In this document: positions 51,269 through 62,668 of the stretch, piece after piece | How the letters are laid out: the number at the start of each line of letters is the position of its first letter | How positions within the stretch are numbered: the stretch's first letter is position 1 | Assembly (NCBI GenBank): GCA_010015805.1 | Contig: ML978121.1 | Coordinates: forward strand, 3,348,001 to 3,412,000 | Reading direction: 5' to 3' | DNA from: Rhizodiscina lignyota | Lineage: Eukaryota | DNA length: 64,000 nucleotides | Position numbers and translations under genes: made by a program | The notes under the pieces: model-generated | The model's input: the letters and a program-made list of their open reading frames with translations, nothing else | Databases searched by the model: none | Told to the model about the DNA's origin: nothing

Positions 51269-52776
51269 ATGGGGGTAGGCGGACTCGTTGAACCGGCCGT
51301 GGTCATCGGCCTCCTCTTCGGCGGCACATGGATCAATCGCAATACGTCGTATAGCATGTACAATTCCAGCCGCTCCTCTCGATGGCGCAAAGATCCTCTG
51401 GACCGCATGGAAGACGACATTGGCTCTCCTCCACCACCAGTCCATGGCCTCGGCGAAAATAGCGGTAGTGGCCCGAGCTCACCGTCTTTACTTCCAGCGC
51501 AAGAACCCACATGGCGGAAGCGCGAGGTGAATCTTTGGGGTTGGCGGAGAGAACTGACCAGCCCCAATACTCGCGTCTTCAAAGGCTGTCTGCTGTCCCG
51601 ATTGTTACGAAAGTTCCCGTTCTTGGTCGAGGCATGGTACTGGGCGCTTATCTACTGGGTGTACCAGTTGGGACGGGCCTTCACCGCCGTCACGCTGGTC
51701 GAGAGCACCGTCGACGTCGCGAGACAGCATGCGCTGCAGCTGATTCACATCGAACAGAAGCTGCACATCTTTTGGGAAGTGCCAATTCAGAAAGCTTTTA
51801 TGGCGCATCCGCTATTGATGACCTGGACGAATCGGATATATAGCTTCATCCATATCCCCGGTACCATTGCGTTCCTAGTGTGGCTGTATTACCACACGAC
51901 CACCCGCAACCGGCTGCTAGAGAGACAGAGTGGCAAACCGAGAGGAGAGGTCGATGGTAGTCCCGCTGGTCCGGCGCTTTATGAGGCAAGAAGACGTACC
52001 ATGGCGGTGTGCAATCTGATTGCATTTGTCGTCTTTACTCTTTGGCCATGCATGCCTCCCAGGCTTCTGAGCGACAAGGATGTGCCGGGTGATATTGGAG
52101 AAGAGTCGCGTAGTTATGGCTTCGTCGATACAGTGCATGGAGAGGGTGGAGAAAGCAGTGTGTGGACGCAGAACAAATTCTGCAACCAGTACGGTAAGTC
52201 TTATATTCTTGCTTCCTTTTATTCCATATATTATATATTCCTCCCTGCCACACGCATCTCGCGCATTGCATTTGCAAATACCCTTGCGCCCCGACTTCAA
52301 GCTTTCCAAATATGTATAGCGACGAATGCTGACACCCCAACGCAGCGGCAATGCCCTCCCTGCACTTCGGCTACTCCCTCCTCATTGGCCTCACCATTCT
52401 CACCATTCCCTTGCCACAACGCCAAAATCGCCGCCTCACCATCTCGCTACCGTTCCGCCTTTCCATCCGCCTGCCGTCACCAAAACGTCTTGCACTCCTC
52501 AGTATCGGCATCGCATATCCGCTGACCATCCTACTCGCCATCATCGCCACTGCCAACCACTTCACCCTCGATGCCGTTGCCGGCGCATGCGTGTGCGGCG
52601 TCGCGTGGATGGGAAACAAGGTTCTGCTGAACCTGCTATTTGTGGAGGACTACTTCTTGTGGTGTGTGCGGATACACAAGCCTGAAAAGTACAGCGTCGA
52701 CTGGGAGCAGAAAGAAGATGATGAGGAAGATGACATTAGAGAAGAGAAATGGGGTAAGGGTGTTATTGATGCATGA
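51269..52776 (+). CDS. Aur1/Ipt1-like PAP2_3 integral membrane protein (inositolphosphotransferase-like), 451 aa
   Basis: Exons 51269-52193 and 52346-52776. Motifs WPCMPPRL, NQYAAMPSLHFGYS and ATANHFTLDAVAG. Confidence 0.9.
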
Positions 52777-53576
52777 TCTGTGGAAGCACTCATCGCACTC
52801 CTCTACTTCGTTGTATTTGCTCTTATATGGGCTATTGACTTACCACTTTCTCAAGGTAGACGCAGCGTCCGATTCAGCTGAGTCAAGGTGCGATGTTGAT
52901 GAGCGAAGCCGTTTGGTGTGAGGGGGACGTATAATATGGAAGATTTGTTTATAGGGCGTTTGCGTATCGCATTGCGGGGAGAAGTTTCGGGCATGGGCGA
53001 TTTGCGTTTCGCTTCCTTTCAGATCTCGAAGCTGTTTTGAGATACCCCCTGACGAGGAATAACGGTCGATCACTATTGCGAGAGAGAAACGAATGAAATA
53101 TAATTTGAGTTGAAGATGATGAAAGTATTGTCAATTCTCATATTGAGAATGCTGAGAGAAGAACGCGTTCCTCCCGCGCCGAGCAGATGCTATATTGATA
53201 TGGAGTACGTTTAAAGAACTAAAGTCATCTACCTAACGCGTCCGACTAGAGCTGGAGCATCCTCACTCTTGCGACTTCCAACTTGCAGCAACATTGATAT
53301 ATATGAGATGGGAGAAAAGGGGACTTCTAACAGTTGGTACCTGAAGCCGCCGATCGCAGAGCGCCATCTGCTCGGTACCGCTTGCTTTTCCCGGAGTCGA
53401 CACTCCGTCATCCCGTCTGCCCCTGCCTACTTTGTCACCCTCGCGGGGGTCTGTGCACATCTTTACTTTTTTCCATCCCAAAAAACTTCCTAAGACGTGG
53501 CCTCACAAGTGCACCTTCTCGCCATCTTCATCAAACGAGCTCAGTTCCGCCGTGTAGACCCTCCAGCCTCACCACA

Positions 53577-54391
53577 ATGGCCGAACCCGCGCGCAAGCCG
53601 AAGATGGAGATGCCCGTCAAGGGCCCGCCGCTGGAGGAGAAGCACTACGAGGACTTCAACACCGTCGTCAAGCGCATGTACCTGGCCTTCTACAACCTGA
53701 TCAGCGCGCTCATGTGGGGCCTCATGCTCGGGCGCGTCGTTTCCGTCGCGCCGTTCTACGGCAATTACGACCTGAACCGGACGACGGGCGGGTGGGTGCA
53801 GTGGGTACAGACGATGGCTGTTGCGGAGATATTTCACTCGCTGTTCGGTAGGGGTTCTCGTCTCTTTCTCGGATGGGATGAGATGGGGTGAGAGGAGAGG
53901 ATGGCAGTCGGGCTGACAATGCAACAGGTCTTGTCCGCGCGCCGCTCTTCACAACGTTAATACAAGTCGCGTCGCGCATCATCATCGTCTGGGGCATCTA
54001 CCCCAACTTCCCATCCGTCCCCGCGCAGCACTGGCAGAACAGCACCATGCTCTTCGCCTGGTCGACGACCGAGGTCATCCGCTACACCTACTTCTTCAGC
54101 ATCCTCGGCGGGCTGGACGAGATGCCCGCGCTGCTGCCGTATCTCAAGTGGGCGCGGTACAACACCTTCTTCGCGCTGTACCCCATTGGGATCGCGAGCG
54201 AGTGCTACCTGATTTACAAGACCATTCCGTTGGCGAGCAAGGTGGATGAGAACTACGGGCTGGCGCTGAAAGCGGTTTTGGCCGCGTATGTGCCGGGGAC
54301 GATTGTCCTGTACACGCACATGATTCGGCAGCGGAATAAGGTCATGAAGAAGGACAGGGAGGGGAAGAAGGACGAGAAGAAGACGCAGTAG
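53577..54391 (+). CDS. PHS1: Very-long-chain 3-hydroxyacyl-CoA dehydratase (PTPLA/HACD), 244 aa
   Basis: Exons 53577-53847 and 53928-54391. Motifs YLAFYN, QVASR, AWSTTEVIRY and RYNTFFALYPIGIASE; ends in ER-retrieval KKTQ. Confidence 0.94.
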
Positions 54392-55398
54392 TTTTCGGTA
54401 CTTATACCAGACGGTAGTTGTAATGGAAAACGGACTTCGAGAGCCGCTACACCGTGCCTAGACTTGTGGACTTTCAGCGCCTTCGTCGAGTAACCAAGGA
54501 AGTTGCCGTACAGTTCCGTAAAGTTCGAAGAGGCTCTTGTTTGGCGCGAACTTGGCTGTATCAATGCGCTGACCGGCAGCAGAAGCCTCGTCAATTCCAG
54601 CGTCCGTAGTCAATGACTTTCAATAGCATTGGAAGCTAAGTGTCTTGACGGAGAGTTATCCCAGTGTTCAAACTTACTTCGTTACATTACGTCGCAATAT
54701 CTACCTGGCTCCTCAGTGGTCTTCCACCTCCACAGCTGGCTCCAGCGAGGATGACGAAACACTGTTTGGCGTGGGAGAGCGGTAAAGTATCATGGTAAGA
54801 CAGTCCTCCTCTTCCATGTGTGCTTCCAATGACGCGTTGGCATCAAGCAGGTCTTGGAACTGATTGATATGCAAGCTATAGTTCTGCGGTGAAAAGGACC
54901 TGGGGATTCGGACAAAGCGGAAGATGAAGTCGGAACCAGGAGGCTCCCGCTGGAACCACCGATGAGGCAGAAGGAGCTCTCGAAACGTTCTCATCATCCA
55001 GTCACACAAGTACGTTAGTATGACAGTGTATGCTGGACCTAGAGGTGGACAGCGTGATTTCATTTTCGATATTGGCTGAGGATGATTTCAAGTCACGCTT
55101 AGACAGCAAGATGGAAGAAAAGATGGAGCAAAGAGTAGTTATTTAACTAGAAATTACAATCCTAAACAAACAGTCAACCCCGGATCACAATACCCGAAAC
55201 ACCTTGGAAGCTCCCAGTCCCTCTAGGGCAACGCTGCGCTAATGCCAAATGCTTTTCAAGCCTGTTGAAACAACCAGAAAGGCAAACTCTGGGTATACCG
55301 TGATAAGAACCACCCAAATGCAGGGCCCAGCCACCAAGCAAAAACCAGTAAGAATGTTTCGTTCAGTCGTCATCGTGCTCATTTCGAACCATCCAGTC

Positions 55399-57009
55399 TC
55401 ATGTCGAAGTACCTGCCTCGACATCCGGAGGCGCTTCCACCCCGTCCGTTTGATCCTCCCCGTTTCTCGTTGAACTCGAGGCTTCCGCGGTCTCGAGGTC
55501 GTCCGCACTGAACCTTGCCCTCTCCTCGAGAAATGCGGGAGGCGGCACGAGCGGCCTCTCGAGGTCCAGATCGCCAAGCTCCTCGTCCAGCTCGCGCAGG
55601 CTGGCAGCATCCAGATCGCCAACGGTGCCGGTGTTGTAGGTCGGCGGGCTGGGCGGCACGTCCTCGTACATCGGCGGCATCTCCTGGTCCCACGCGATGC
55701 CCATGCCCATGCGCTCCGTCAGCGTCAGCGCGAACTGCGTGCGCAGGATCCTCGCCGCGCCGGTGGGCGTGTGCGACTTGGGGTGGTTCTTCGGCGCCCA
55801 CTCTTCCGCGACGACGAGCTCCAAGACCAGCGCGTGCGTGACGCTCAGCCCGTTCGGCGCGTCGACGTCACACGTGGGCTTGAGGTTCGGGTTGACGGCC
55901 GCTTTGAACTCGAGCTCGATGCGGCCTTGGTCAAAGTCGCTCTTCCAGCCGTCCTTGAGCTCTGCTTGTCCGACGGTTCGGATATCCTCGTGGTGGACGC
56001 CCTTTCCGGGTCCGCCGACTTTGCCAGCGTGCTTGGCGCACGGCGGAGAGACCATCTTGTGTGTCTCCTCGATCTTCCAATTGAGCTTGCGCAGGCGCCA
56101 GCGCAGGAAGGCGTCCTTCTTGGTGAAATCCGTGACACCGTCTATGCGCATGCTCACGGGGATTTCGCCGATGGGGTGCACGATGGGTTGGAGAGTGACG
56201 TTGACGGTTAGATTGGTTGGAGGGAAGATGCGCACCGAGTGCTTGTCCGATCCGGGCGGGATGGCGCGCCTGATGTCGATTTCAGAGTCGTGCTTGATTT
56301 CCTCGCCAGTGGACGTCTTTGCGATGGAGATGAGGCGGTATTCAACTGTCGCGAGAGCGGCACCCCCGTGGACTGTTGCAGGGAGATGGCCTGGGAAGAG
56401 GTACTGGAGTGGCAGGGAGTGCTCGCCGCGCTTGTAGGTTCGCGGCTCGGAGAGGTGCGTCCATTTCTTGAGCTCGGTGGTCTTGGAGAGGCAGTCCGGG
56501 CAGTTCTTTTCGACGGGATGGATGTGCTTGACAATGCAGATGAGACGCGTCTCGTAGGACATGAGATTGACGTTGGGGACCAGGACGTTCAATTGCAATT
56601 GGGATGAGAAAAGTGCGCCGGTCGAGTCTTCTCCATTGGGATCTGACGGTGGTCCAATGAAAAGTAGAGGTGGAGATTCGACTTTCAAATCGATTGTTGC
56701 GGCGCTCTGTGGTTCTGATTTTGCGCCTGGTCGTGGGCTTTGTTTGCGCTTGTGCTCGCCAGACCCCCTGCGCGATGCTGGGGTAAGGCTGTGCTTGAGC
56801 GCGTCCATTTTGTTCAGGCTGTTGCGGCGCGAATCGCCGTCCTTCTCTTTCTTGTCTTTCTTTTCCTTCACCTTGATCCTGGGGCCCTTGTCCCGCTCAA
56901 TGGAGAGGGAGGTGGTGCTTTTTGCCGACGCAACATCGGGGGCGAATGAGCTCTTGAATGTGGCGGCAGGCGCAGGCTTGTCGAGGAAAGCGAGCAGGCG
57001 GGCGGGCAT
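55399..57009 (-). CDS. LDB19: Arrestin-related trafficking adaptor (Ldb19/Art1 family)
   Basis: 536-aa ORF with VESPPLLFIG..STGALFS, LFPGHLPAT, WRLRKLNWKIEE and TGAARILR, plus PPxY motifs PPMY and PPTY. Confidence 0.88.
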   Translation of the reverse strand: MPARLLAFLDKPAPAATFKSSFAPDVASAKSTTSLSIERDKGPRIKVKEKKDKKEKDGDSRRNSLNKMDALKHSLTPASRRGSGEHKRKQSPRPGAKSEPQSAATIDLKVESPPLLFIGPPSDPNGEDSTGALFSSQLQLNVLVPNVNLMSYETRLICIVKHIHPVEKNCPDCLSKTTELKKWTHLSEPRTYKRGEHSLPLQYLFPGHLPATVHGGAALATVEYRLISIAKTSTGEEIKHDSEIDIRRAIPPGSDKHSVRIFPPTNLTVNVTLQPIVHPIGEIPVSMRIDGVTDFTKKDAFLRWRLRKLNWKIEETHKMVSPPCAKHAGKVGGPGKGVHHEDIRTVGQAELKDGWKSDFDQGRIELEFKAAVNPNLKPTCDVDAPNGLSVTHALVLELVVAEEWAPKNHPKSHTPTGAARILRTQFALTLTERMGMGIAWDQEMPPMYEDVPPSPPTYNTGTVGDLDAASLRELDEELGDLDLERPLVPPPAFLEERARFSADDLETAEASSSTRNGEDQTDGVEAPPDVEAGTST

Positions 57010-58980
57010 CTCGTCACTGCGTCACAGCACACCAGATCGTGGGGTGGCAGCTGGCGTGCAGAAAGCAGATGCTGCTATGCCGCTTGTGGAAGGGGCAAGC
57101 CGCGTGATTCGTCTGTGTGCCGCGATGCTTCACGCAATTCAGGACGAGAGCAACTGAGCGTGCAGAGGCAGATAACAGCGATAGCAGAGGGCAGAAGGAA
57201 TTGGGAGAGGGAATGACACAAATAAAAGACGCCGTCCAGGCTCGTGGCCAGGGAAAAGAATTTAAAGCAAATGACACCGGGCACCGGCATGGCGTGCCTC
57301 TATTGGGCAGGCCTTGACTAACAGAAACCTCAGATTCGGTGTGCTCTCTCTTCAACAAAGCACACGCTCGTCACGTCAAATCGCGCGTCCATTACCGCAC
57401 CGCCTGTCCCCGCAGCTGCTCGGCCCTGCTGCCCTGCGTTGCCTGTATTCATGCGTCGTTGACTCTGTGGCGTGTTGACTGCGTGCGAAGCGACGAGCTC
57501 GTCCATACAGCCGCTCCCAGCCGTACAGCTTTGTCGTCGTCTTCTCCGCAATACGTCGACGCCCCATGATCAGCTGCCACAGCTCGCTCTTGCCTGACGA
57601 ACTACAGCATCCATCGCTCCTGGCTGAGCCTGTTTACCCGTTTGCTGTCATTGCTGACCATCAGCCAGGAGTAACTAAAAGAGGTTTTCCATCTTTCACC
57701 GCCTAAATGCATTACGGCTGCCGACAGGGCGATGCAACTCCGAACTCGAACCTACGTCGCGCTGACGTCTGGCGCGATGGAACCTCATTCGCCCAACATG
57801 GCGAAATGCCCTCCGCCAATGACTCTTGCAGTCCTCGCGCCATACTTACTCATCTTGCTCAGGTACCGTCGTAGCGTTGTCGGCGCTTCGAATGCCTATT
57901 ACAACTCCGGCGTCTTCCCAACTCCTTTTTTCACGTCCTATGACTTCCTCCAAACGCACCTCATCGTGCCGCCTTCCCGGCCGGCGGGCATGAAAAAATT
58001 AGCTACTTTGAATCGCCAATGTGCCAGTTTCGACGTGTGTCCTACAGCCATTGTTCCCCGCAATTTTCACGAGCAAGATTTCAATAGAGGTGCAGTCCAC
58101 GTACGTCCTGACGTGTGACCTCAGCCGTGAACCTGGACGGGTGTGCCGCAGGGAGCGGCATCCGCCCTGACCTCACACCCAAACCAAGCATTCGTTACAC
58201 CGGGAGATCAGCGCAAGTCCAGAGATCCGCTGCTTTCTCCGCGCCCCGCGGATTCGCCACGGTTCAACGTCCTGAAGAAAGGCTATCTGTGCGGTACAAA
58301 GGTACAGAATGCTCTGCGCACGTCGCACAGCATGTTTGCGACGCGTCTCGCCCACAGGGGCGCCATGGTACACGATTAATGTTAGGTAAAACTCACGCGC
58401 CAAGACATCACCAACAATTTTTTCCTAGCCCTCTTTCCCGAAGAAGGCCGAGCCCAGTTTTCCCATAACGATTTTGGAGAAAATTCCCATGGCCATCATG
58501 GTCTCGCCGATTCATGTGAAGGCACAGTCACACAGCGGAGCCACACCAGCGCCGCACGTGGCTGCGGCCATGTCGGCGAATGGGGGTGCAGGAAAATTTT
58601 CCATGTGCTTGTACTTATTCCCGTATTTTCTCCCGAAGCACCACATTTTCTGCTCTCTATATGCCTTGAACCGGCAATTTATCGAGTAATTGTTACTCGA
58701 TCTCACATGAGGGTACGGTCCCAACATACTATAGGCGAAACGGAGGCTATGCTTCTAGAAGAATCAATCGGAGCGCGCCAGGCTTATGCAGGCGATTCCC
58801 TTGTTTGCTTTTCGGCGGCCTCCGGTGCGGCTCTTCGCTGCATTCCAGGCACGAACCGGTCGACACTATTTTGGATCGGCGTGGAACACTACATCCGCTT
58901 GCATGCTACCGTTCTGTTCAATTTCGTCACGGTCGACGTTGGTTTGGAGTCGTAGATGCTCCTTTCGATTTCAACTTCGC

Positions 58981-60440
58981 GCATGCCCGAAGGCTCGTTC
59001 TCGATATCAGAAATGCTTCTTCCGCGTAGAGAGGACTGTTGCTGGAGGCTCGTATATTTGTGCTAACATCCGTACTCGAAGGGAGTGTACAGCTCCAGTC
59101 AAGCTCGTCATCTGTTTCGGGATCGGCTGCTCTGATGGAAAGGCCGCATGCCCGAAAGTTCCCAAGCTATATCAGAAACCTTTCTTCCAAACAAAAGGCA
59201 CTGTTACTGGAGGCTCGATTATTTATGCTGCCGTCCGTAGTCATGGAAATGTGTACAGCTTCAGCATCTGCGCTGCGACCCGCGGCTTCTGCTGTGAATC
59301 TGGACCAGCAGTGCTAACAGGTCGAGCTGTTGCATCCTGCCCTTCGCCGTGGTCTTGGTCTTCGTGCTTTTCGTGAGGTGACCTGGAGGGAGAATAGAGC
59401 CGTTTATATACATTTGGTGGAGCAAGTGTAAGCCTCTGCGCTGTCAGGGCTTCTGTCTACTACCAGATGTCACAAGCCCAGAAATCATCCTTCTCATACT
59501 TTATGGTTAGTGCGAACTGACAGTACTATGTCCTCATGCGGGTCACGGGCAGAGTCGTCCAACGCTTCGGATATCCTTCTCTTGCAGCGAGCTCGATCGT
59601 CTGTATCTCTATCCCCGTAATCATTCTCCTCGTAGAAGACGGCATGCACGAAAGCTCATCATTTCTCTCAGAAACCTTTCTTCCAAACAGAAGAGAGCGC
59701 TGCTGGAGGCTCCATTATCTACGCCATAGCCCGTAATCAGCCACAAGGGCTGAATGCTCGCAGCTTGTATATCTATCTCTCTATCCGCCCTTCTCACGAA
59801 GTGCCGCATGCCCGAAACCCCGTATCTATCTCGGCGTCCGTTCTTCTCTACAAAGGATGGCACGCTCGAAACCCGCGGCTTAAGTCAGAAAACCTTCTTC
59901 CAACTAAAAGGGACGGCCGCCGGAGGTTCGATTATCTATCCTGTCGCCTGTGATCGAGCAGAATACGCAGTTCCCATAAGGTAGATGGCCTATTTCAGCA
60001 CTCGCTATTCTAGCGGAGAGGCGGCATGCTCGAAAGCCAGTATATCTCTCTTAGTGTTCGTTCTTCTCACAAAGGATGGCATGCCCGAAAGTCTGCAATC
60101 CCAGTCAGGAACCTTTCTTCCAAATAAAAGCCACTGTCTCTGAAGGTTCGATGACCTATACTATCGCTTGTGATCAAGCAGAATACACAGTTCCAATAAG
60201 GTAGTTGATCTGTTTCAGAGCCCACTATTCTAACAGAAATGCCGCATCTCCCAAAGCCTGTATACCTAAATTAGCGCTCGCTCTTCTCACAATGGACGGC
60301 GTGCCCGATACCCTGCCATCTAACTCAAATACCCTTCTTCTGCACGAGGTGTATTGTTACTGAAGGCTCGCATATTTGCGTCGTGGCCTGTAGTCAAGTA
60401 GAGGTATACCAACTTCAACGGCAGGCTGCGATCGGCGGCT
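58981..60440. repeat. Diverged higher-order tandem array (165- and ~220-bp units built from a 55-bp monomer)
   Basis: GCATGCCCGAA-like anchors at 58981, 59146, 59587, 59642, 59752, 59806, 59860, 60024, 60079, 60244 and 60299. TCAGAAACCTTTCTTCCAA..CTGGAGGCTCG recurs six times. Confidence 0.88.
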
Positions 60441-60616
60441 TCAGGACAAGGGGGCATAGTCACATTCAAGTTGAGATGGGAAAGTCAATGTTTTCTGACA
60501 TGGAGTTTGGTATCTTCTATAACCCCTATTTATGGCTGGGTGCCATGCACCCAGCAATCAACTCGCTCATATCAATTCCCTAATCAGGACTGATAGTCCC
60601 ATGTTGGTATCCCAAC

Positions 60617-62668
60617 TCAAAGGTACAACTGTACCATCGTGCCTTTGGCGGTGGTCTTGATCTCACATCCAGCCACGCAACATTTCTTGAATGGCCGTGG
60701 TCCGACCGTAGGCTCCTCCTTGTCGTAGGTTGCGCGGTCCCGCTTGCGCGACGTCGACATGATGGAGCGGCTCTTCGTACACTCTCCGCAGTAGACATGG
60801 CCACACTTCTTCACCACCCAGACCTGTCTCTTCTCATCCGTGTTGCCCACGCCCAGCTCATCGTCGCAGTTCGGGCACACCATCACCTCCTCCTCCTTGG
60901 GCGTCCGAGTGAAGCCCTGCGGCGCTGGGGACGGCGGCACGATCGCGATCGGATAGGCGGGTTCCCGCTCTTGCTCCTGCTCCATGCCCATGTCGAAGCC
61001 GACCGTGGCAAAGTCCATCTCAATACCGAAGCGGGTAATGAGGGGTGAGAGGGGTGCGAAGTGACTTGCTCGGAGGAGCTCGTTGATCAACGGGGTGATC
61101 TGTTGCCGGGCCGGCGGAATGTTGGCTACGTCCGCTTGAGCCGCTTGATGGCGATTGTTGGGACCCATGGGCTCGCGGCGCGCGGGGAAGAGTCCGGCGA
61201 AGTCGTCTCGGATGCGTCGTGGTGGGAGGGCCGGGGTTGGAAGAGTGCGCTCGAAGACGAACTCAATGTCTGGACGCTCCCCATCACCGAATGCGGTGGG
61301 AAGCAGCGGGTCTTCGTCCGAAAGGTCGATGATCTCGCGGTCGTACCGTGGAAGCCTGTGTGTGGAACGTTCTCGACTGCGCGCTGAGAGCTCTCGCCTC
61401 TCGCGCTCGTTCCTTGGGCCGTCAGAACGCCTCGCCGCTTCGCGTTCTCTTGACTCGCGGTCTTCTCTTGCTTGCCTCTCCTGTGAGCGGCCGATGATCT
61501 CGCGATGCCTCTGCTCTGTCTCCGAAAGGTCGATGATCTCTTGCTGGACTCTTGGAGGCTCCGGCTGCTCCTCCGAAAGATCGATGATTTCGCGCTCGTA
61601 TCTTGGGAGCCTCTGCGCTCCTCGACCGCTCACCAATGGTCTTCCTCGCTCTTCCTCGATGCCTCCTCCGACGTCCTCAATCTCAACCAAGTTGTGTGGA
61701 CCGTCGAGTTGCGCATCGTTCTGAGACGGTGCGGCCTCAGGAGATTCTCCAGTCAGATCGATAACCGGAGCCGGGCGTGGTTCCGGTGTTATTGCGTAAC
61801 GGCTTCGATAATGCCGGACAGGATTGTTGCGAGCGTAGTGAAGACTTGAAGCATTGCGATCGGCAGTACCCACAGTCCAACCGTTGGGCATACCCGAAGA
61901 CCAAGGAGTGGTCGGCTCATGATATGAGCTATCGCTGAACACGGGTGACAGGCGGAGCGGGCGTGGTGATTCGCTCATAGCGTTTTCTGCTCGAGTAGGC
62001 GAATATCGGGGCAAGGGGGTGGCCGAAGGAGCTCCTCCTGCGAACTCTAGAGGGTCGCGTGGAAGAAACTCCGCGAAGAAGTCCGAAGTCGATGGTGTTT
62101 GTGAAGAACCGGGTAGGGGCGAGGGAGCGTAGAGAGGCGAGGAAGGCGAATAGTGTGGTGAGAGTGATGCTGGGCGCTCGCGAGCTCCCTGGACAGCAAT
62201 GGGATTGCCTTCTACGAACTCTGGATTTCTGGCAGGTTGTTGCGGAGCGGTGATCGATAGTGCTCGTGGCACACTGCGGGAGGGCGAGGTGTTGGATTCT
62301 TGTGCACCGGAATCTTGTGAACCAGACTCTTGCGAACCAGACTCTTTTGAACCAGAATCTTGTGAACCGGAAGCTTGTGAGCCAAATCTCCTCTCCAAGA
62401 GTGTACGTCTTCCCGCGCGCTCGTTGGCTTCGTAGTCGAGATTGCGACCTGCGAGTCTGAATGCCCAGTGTTCACGAAGTGCTGGTGGGTCCCTGTGGTC
62501 CTCGCCGCCGGGCTCCATTTCCTCGTAAGACCTCTGTAAAGGAGTTAGAAAAGGCAGGCAACGCGCAGTGACGCTTGGAGTGGTGTTGCGGAGTGTGGAA
62601 GTTAGACGTGTGAATTGCCTTACCTTCGCAGACCGAACGTAACTATCGACCGTCTCGCTGAGAGACAT
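60617..62668 (-). CDS. SLX5: SUMO-targeted ubiquitin ligase subunit, Slx5/Rfp-like (poly-SIM plus C-terminal RING)
   Basis: Probable in-frame 90-nt intron 62623-62534. SIMs VIDLT and IIDLS x3. C-terminus GFTR..CPNCDDELGVG..CGHVYCGEC..CCVAGC..MVQLYL resembles, from recall, the yeast Slx5 pattern (ELGVG, CGHxxCGxC, terminal xYx). Confidence 0.75.
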   Translation of the reverse strand: MSLSETVDSYVRSAKVRQFTRLTSTLRNTTPSVTARCLPFLTPLQRSYEEMEPGGEDHRDPPALREHWAFRLAGRNLDYEANERAGRRTLLERRFGSQASGSQDSGSKESGSQESGSQDSGAQESNTSPSRSVPRALSITAPQQPARNPEFVEGNPIAVQGARERPASLSPHYSPSSPLYAPSPLPGSSQTPSTSDFFAEFLPRDPLEFAGGAPSATPLPRYSPTRAENAMSESPRPLRLSPVFSDSSYHEPTTPWSSGMPNGWTVGTADRNASSLHYARNNPVRHYRSRYAITPEPRPAPVIDLTGESPEAAPSQNDAQLDGPHNLVEIEDVGGGIEEERGRPLVSGRGAQRLPRYEREIIDLSEEQPEPPRVQQEIIDLSETEQRHREIIGRSQERQAREDRESREREAARRSDGPRNERERRELSARSRERSTHRLPRYDREIIDLSDEDPLLPTAFGDGERPDIEFVFERTLPTPALPPRRIRDDFAGLFPARREPMGPNNRHQAAQADVANIPPARQQITPLINELLRASHFAPLSPLITRFGIEMDFATVGFDMGMEQEQEREPAYPIAIVPPSPAPQGFTRTPKEEEVMVCPNCDDELGVGNTDEKRQVWVVKKCGHVYCGECTKSRSIMSTSRKRDRATYDKEEPTVGPRPFKKCCVAGCEIKTTAKGTMVQLYL

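Noticed and set aside
53116..53155. Box C (ATGATGA) and box D (CTGA) with an internal hairpin, possible snoRNA
   Set aside because: Only ~40 nt from C to D, no terminal stem and no recognisable rRNA guide.
54713..55063. 116-aa minus-strand ORF between PHS1 and LDB19
   Set aside because: No recognisable motif or convincing gene structure; a relic cannot be excluded.
55515..57157. Long plus-strand ORFs opposite LDB19 (similar ones lie opposite CAB2, PhzF and SLX5)
   Set aside because: Antisense shadows of GC3-biased genes.
58681..58701. Perfect 9-bp inverted repeat ATCGAGTAA-ttg-TTACTCGAT
   Set aside because: A single short hairpin can arise by chance in 64 kb; no associated element ends.
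58786..59376. 196-aa ORF with a 55-aa Cys-containing repeat
   Set aside because: By-product of the 165-bp (3x55) unit; neighbouring 218-220-bp units break the frame and contain stops.
58981..60440. CRISPR-like array
   Set aside because: The sequence is eukaryotic, there are no cas genes, the repeats are degenerate and the intervening sequences are homologous to each other.
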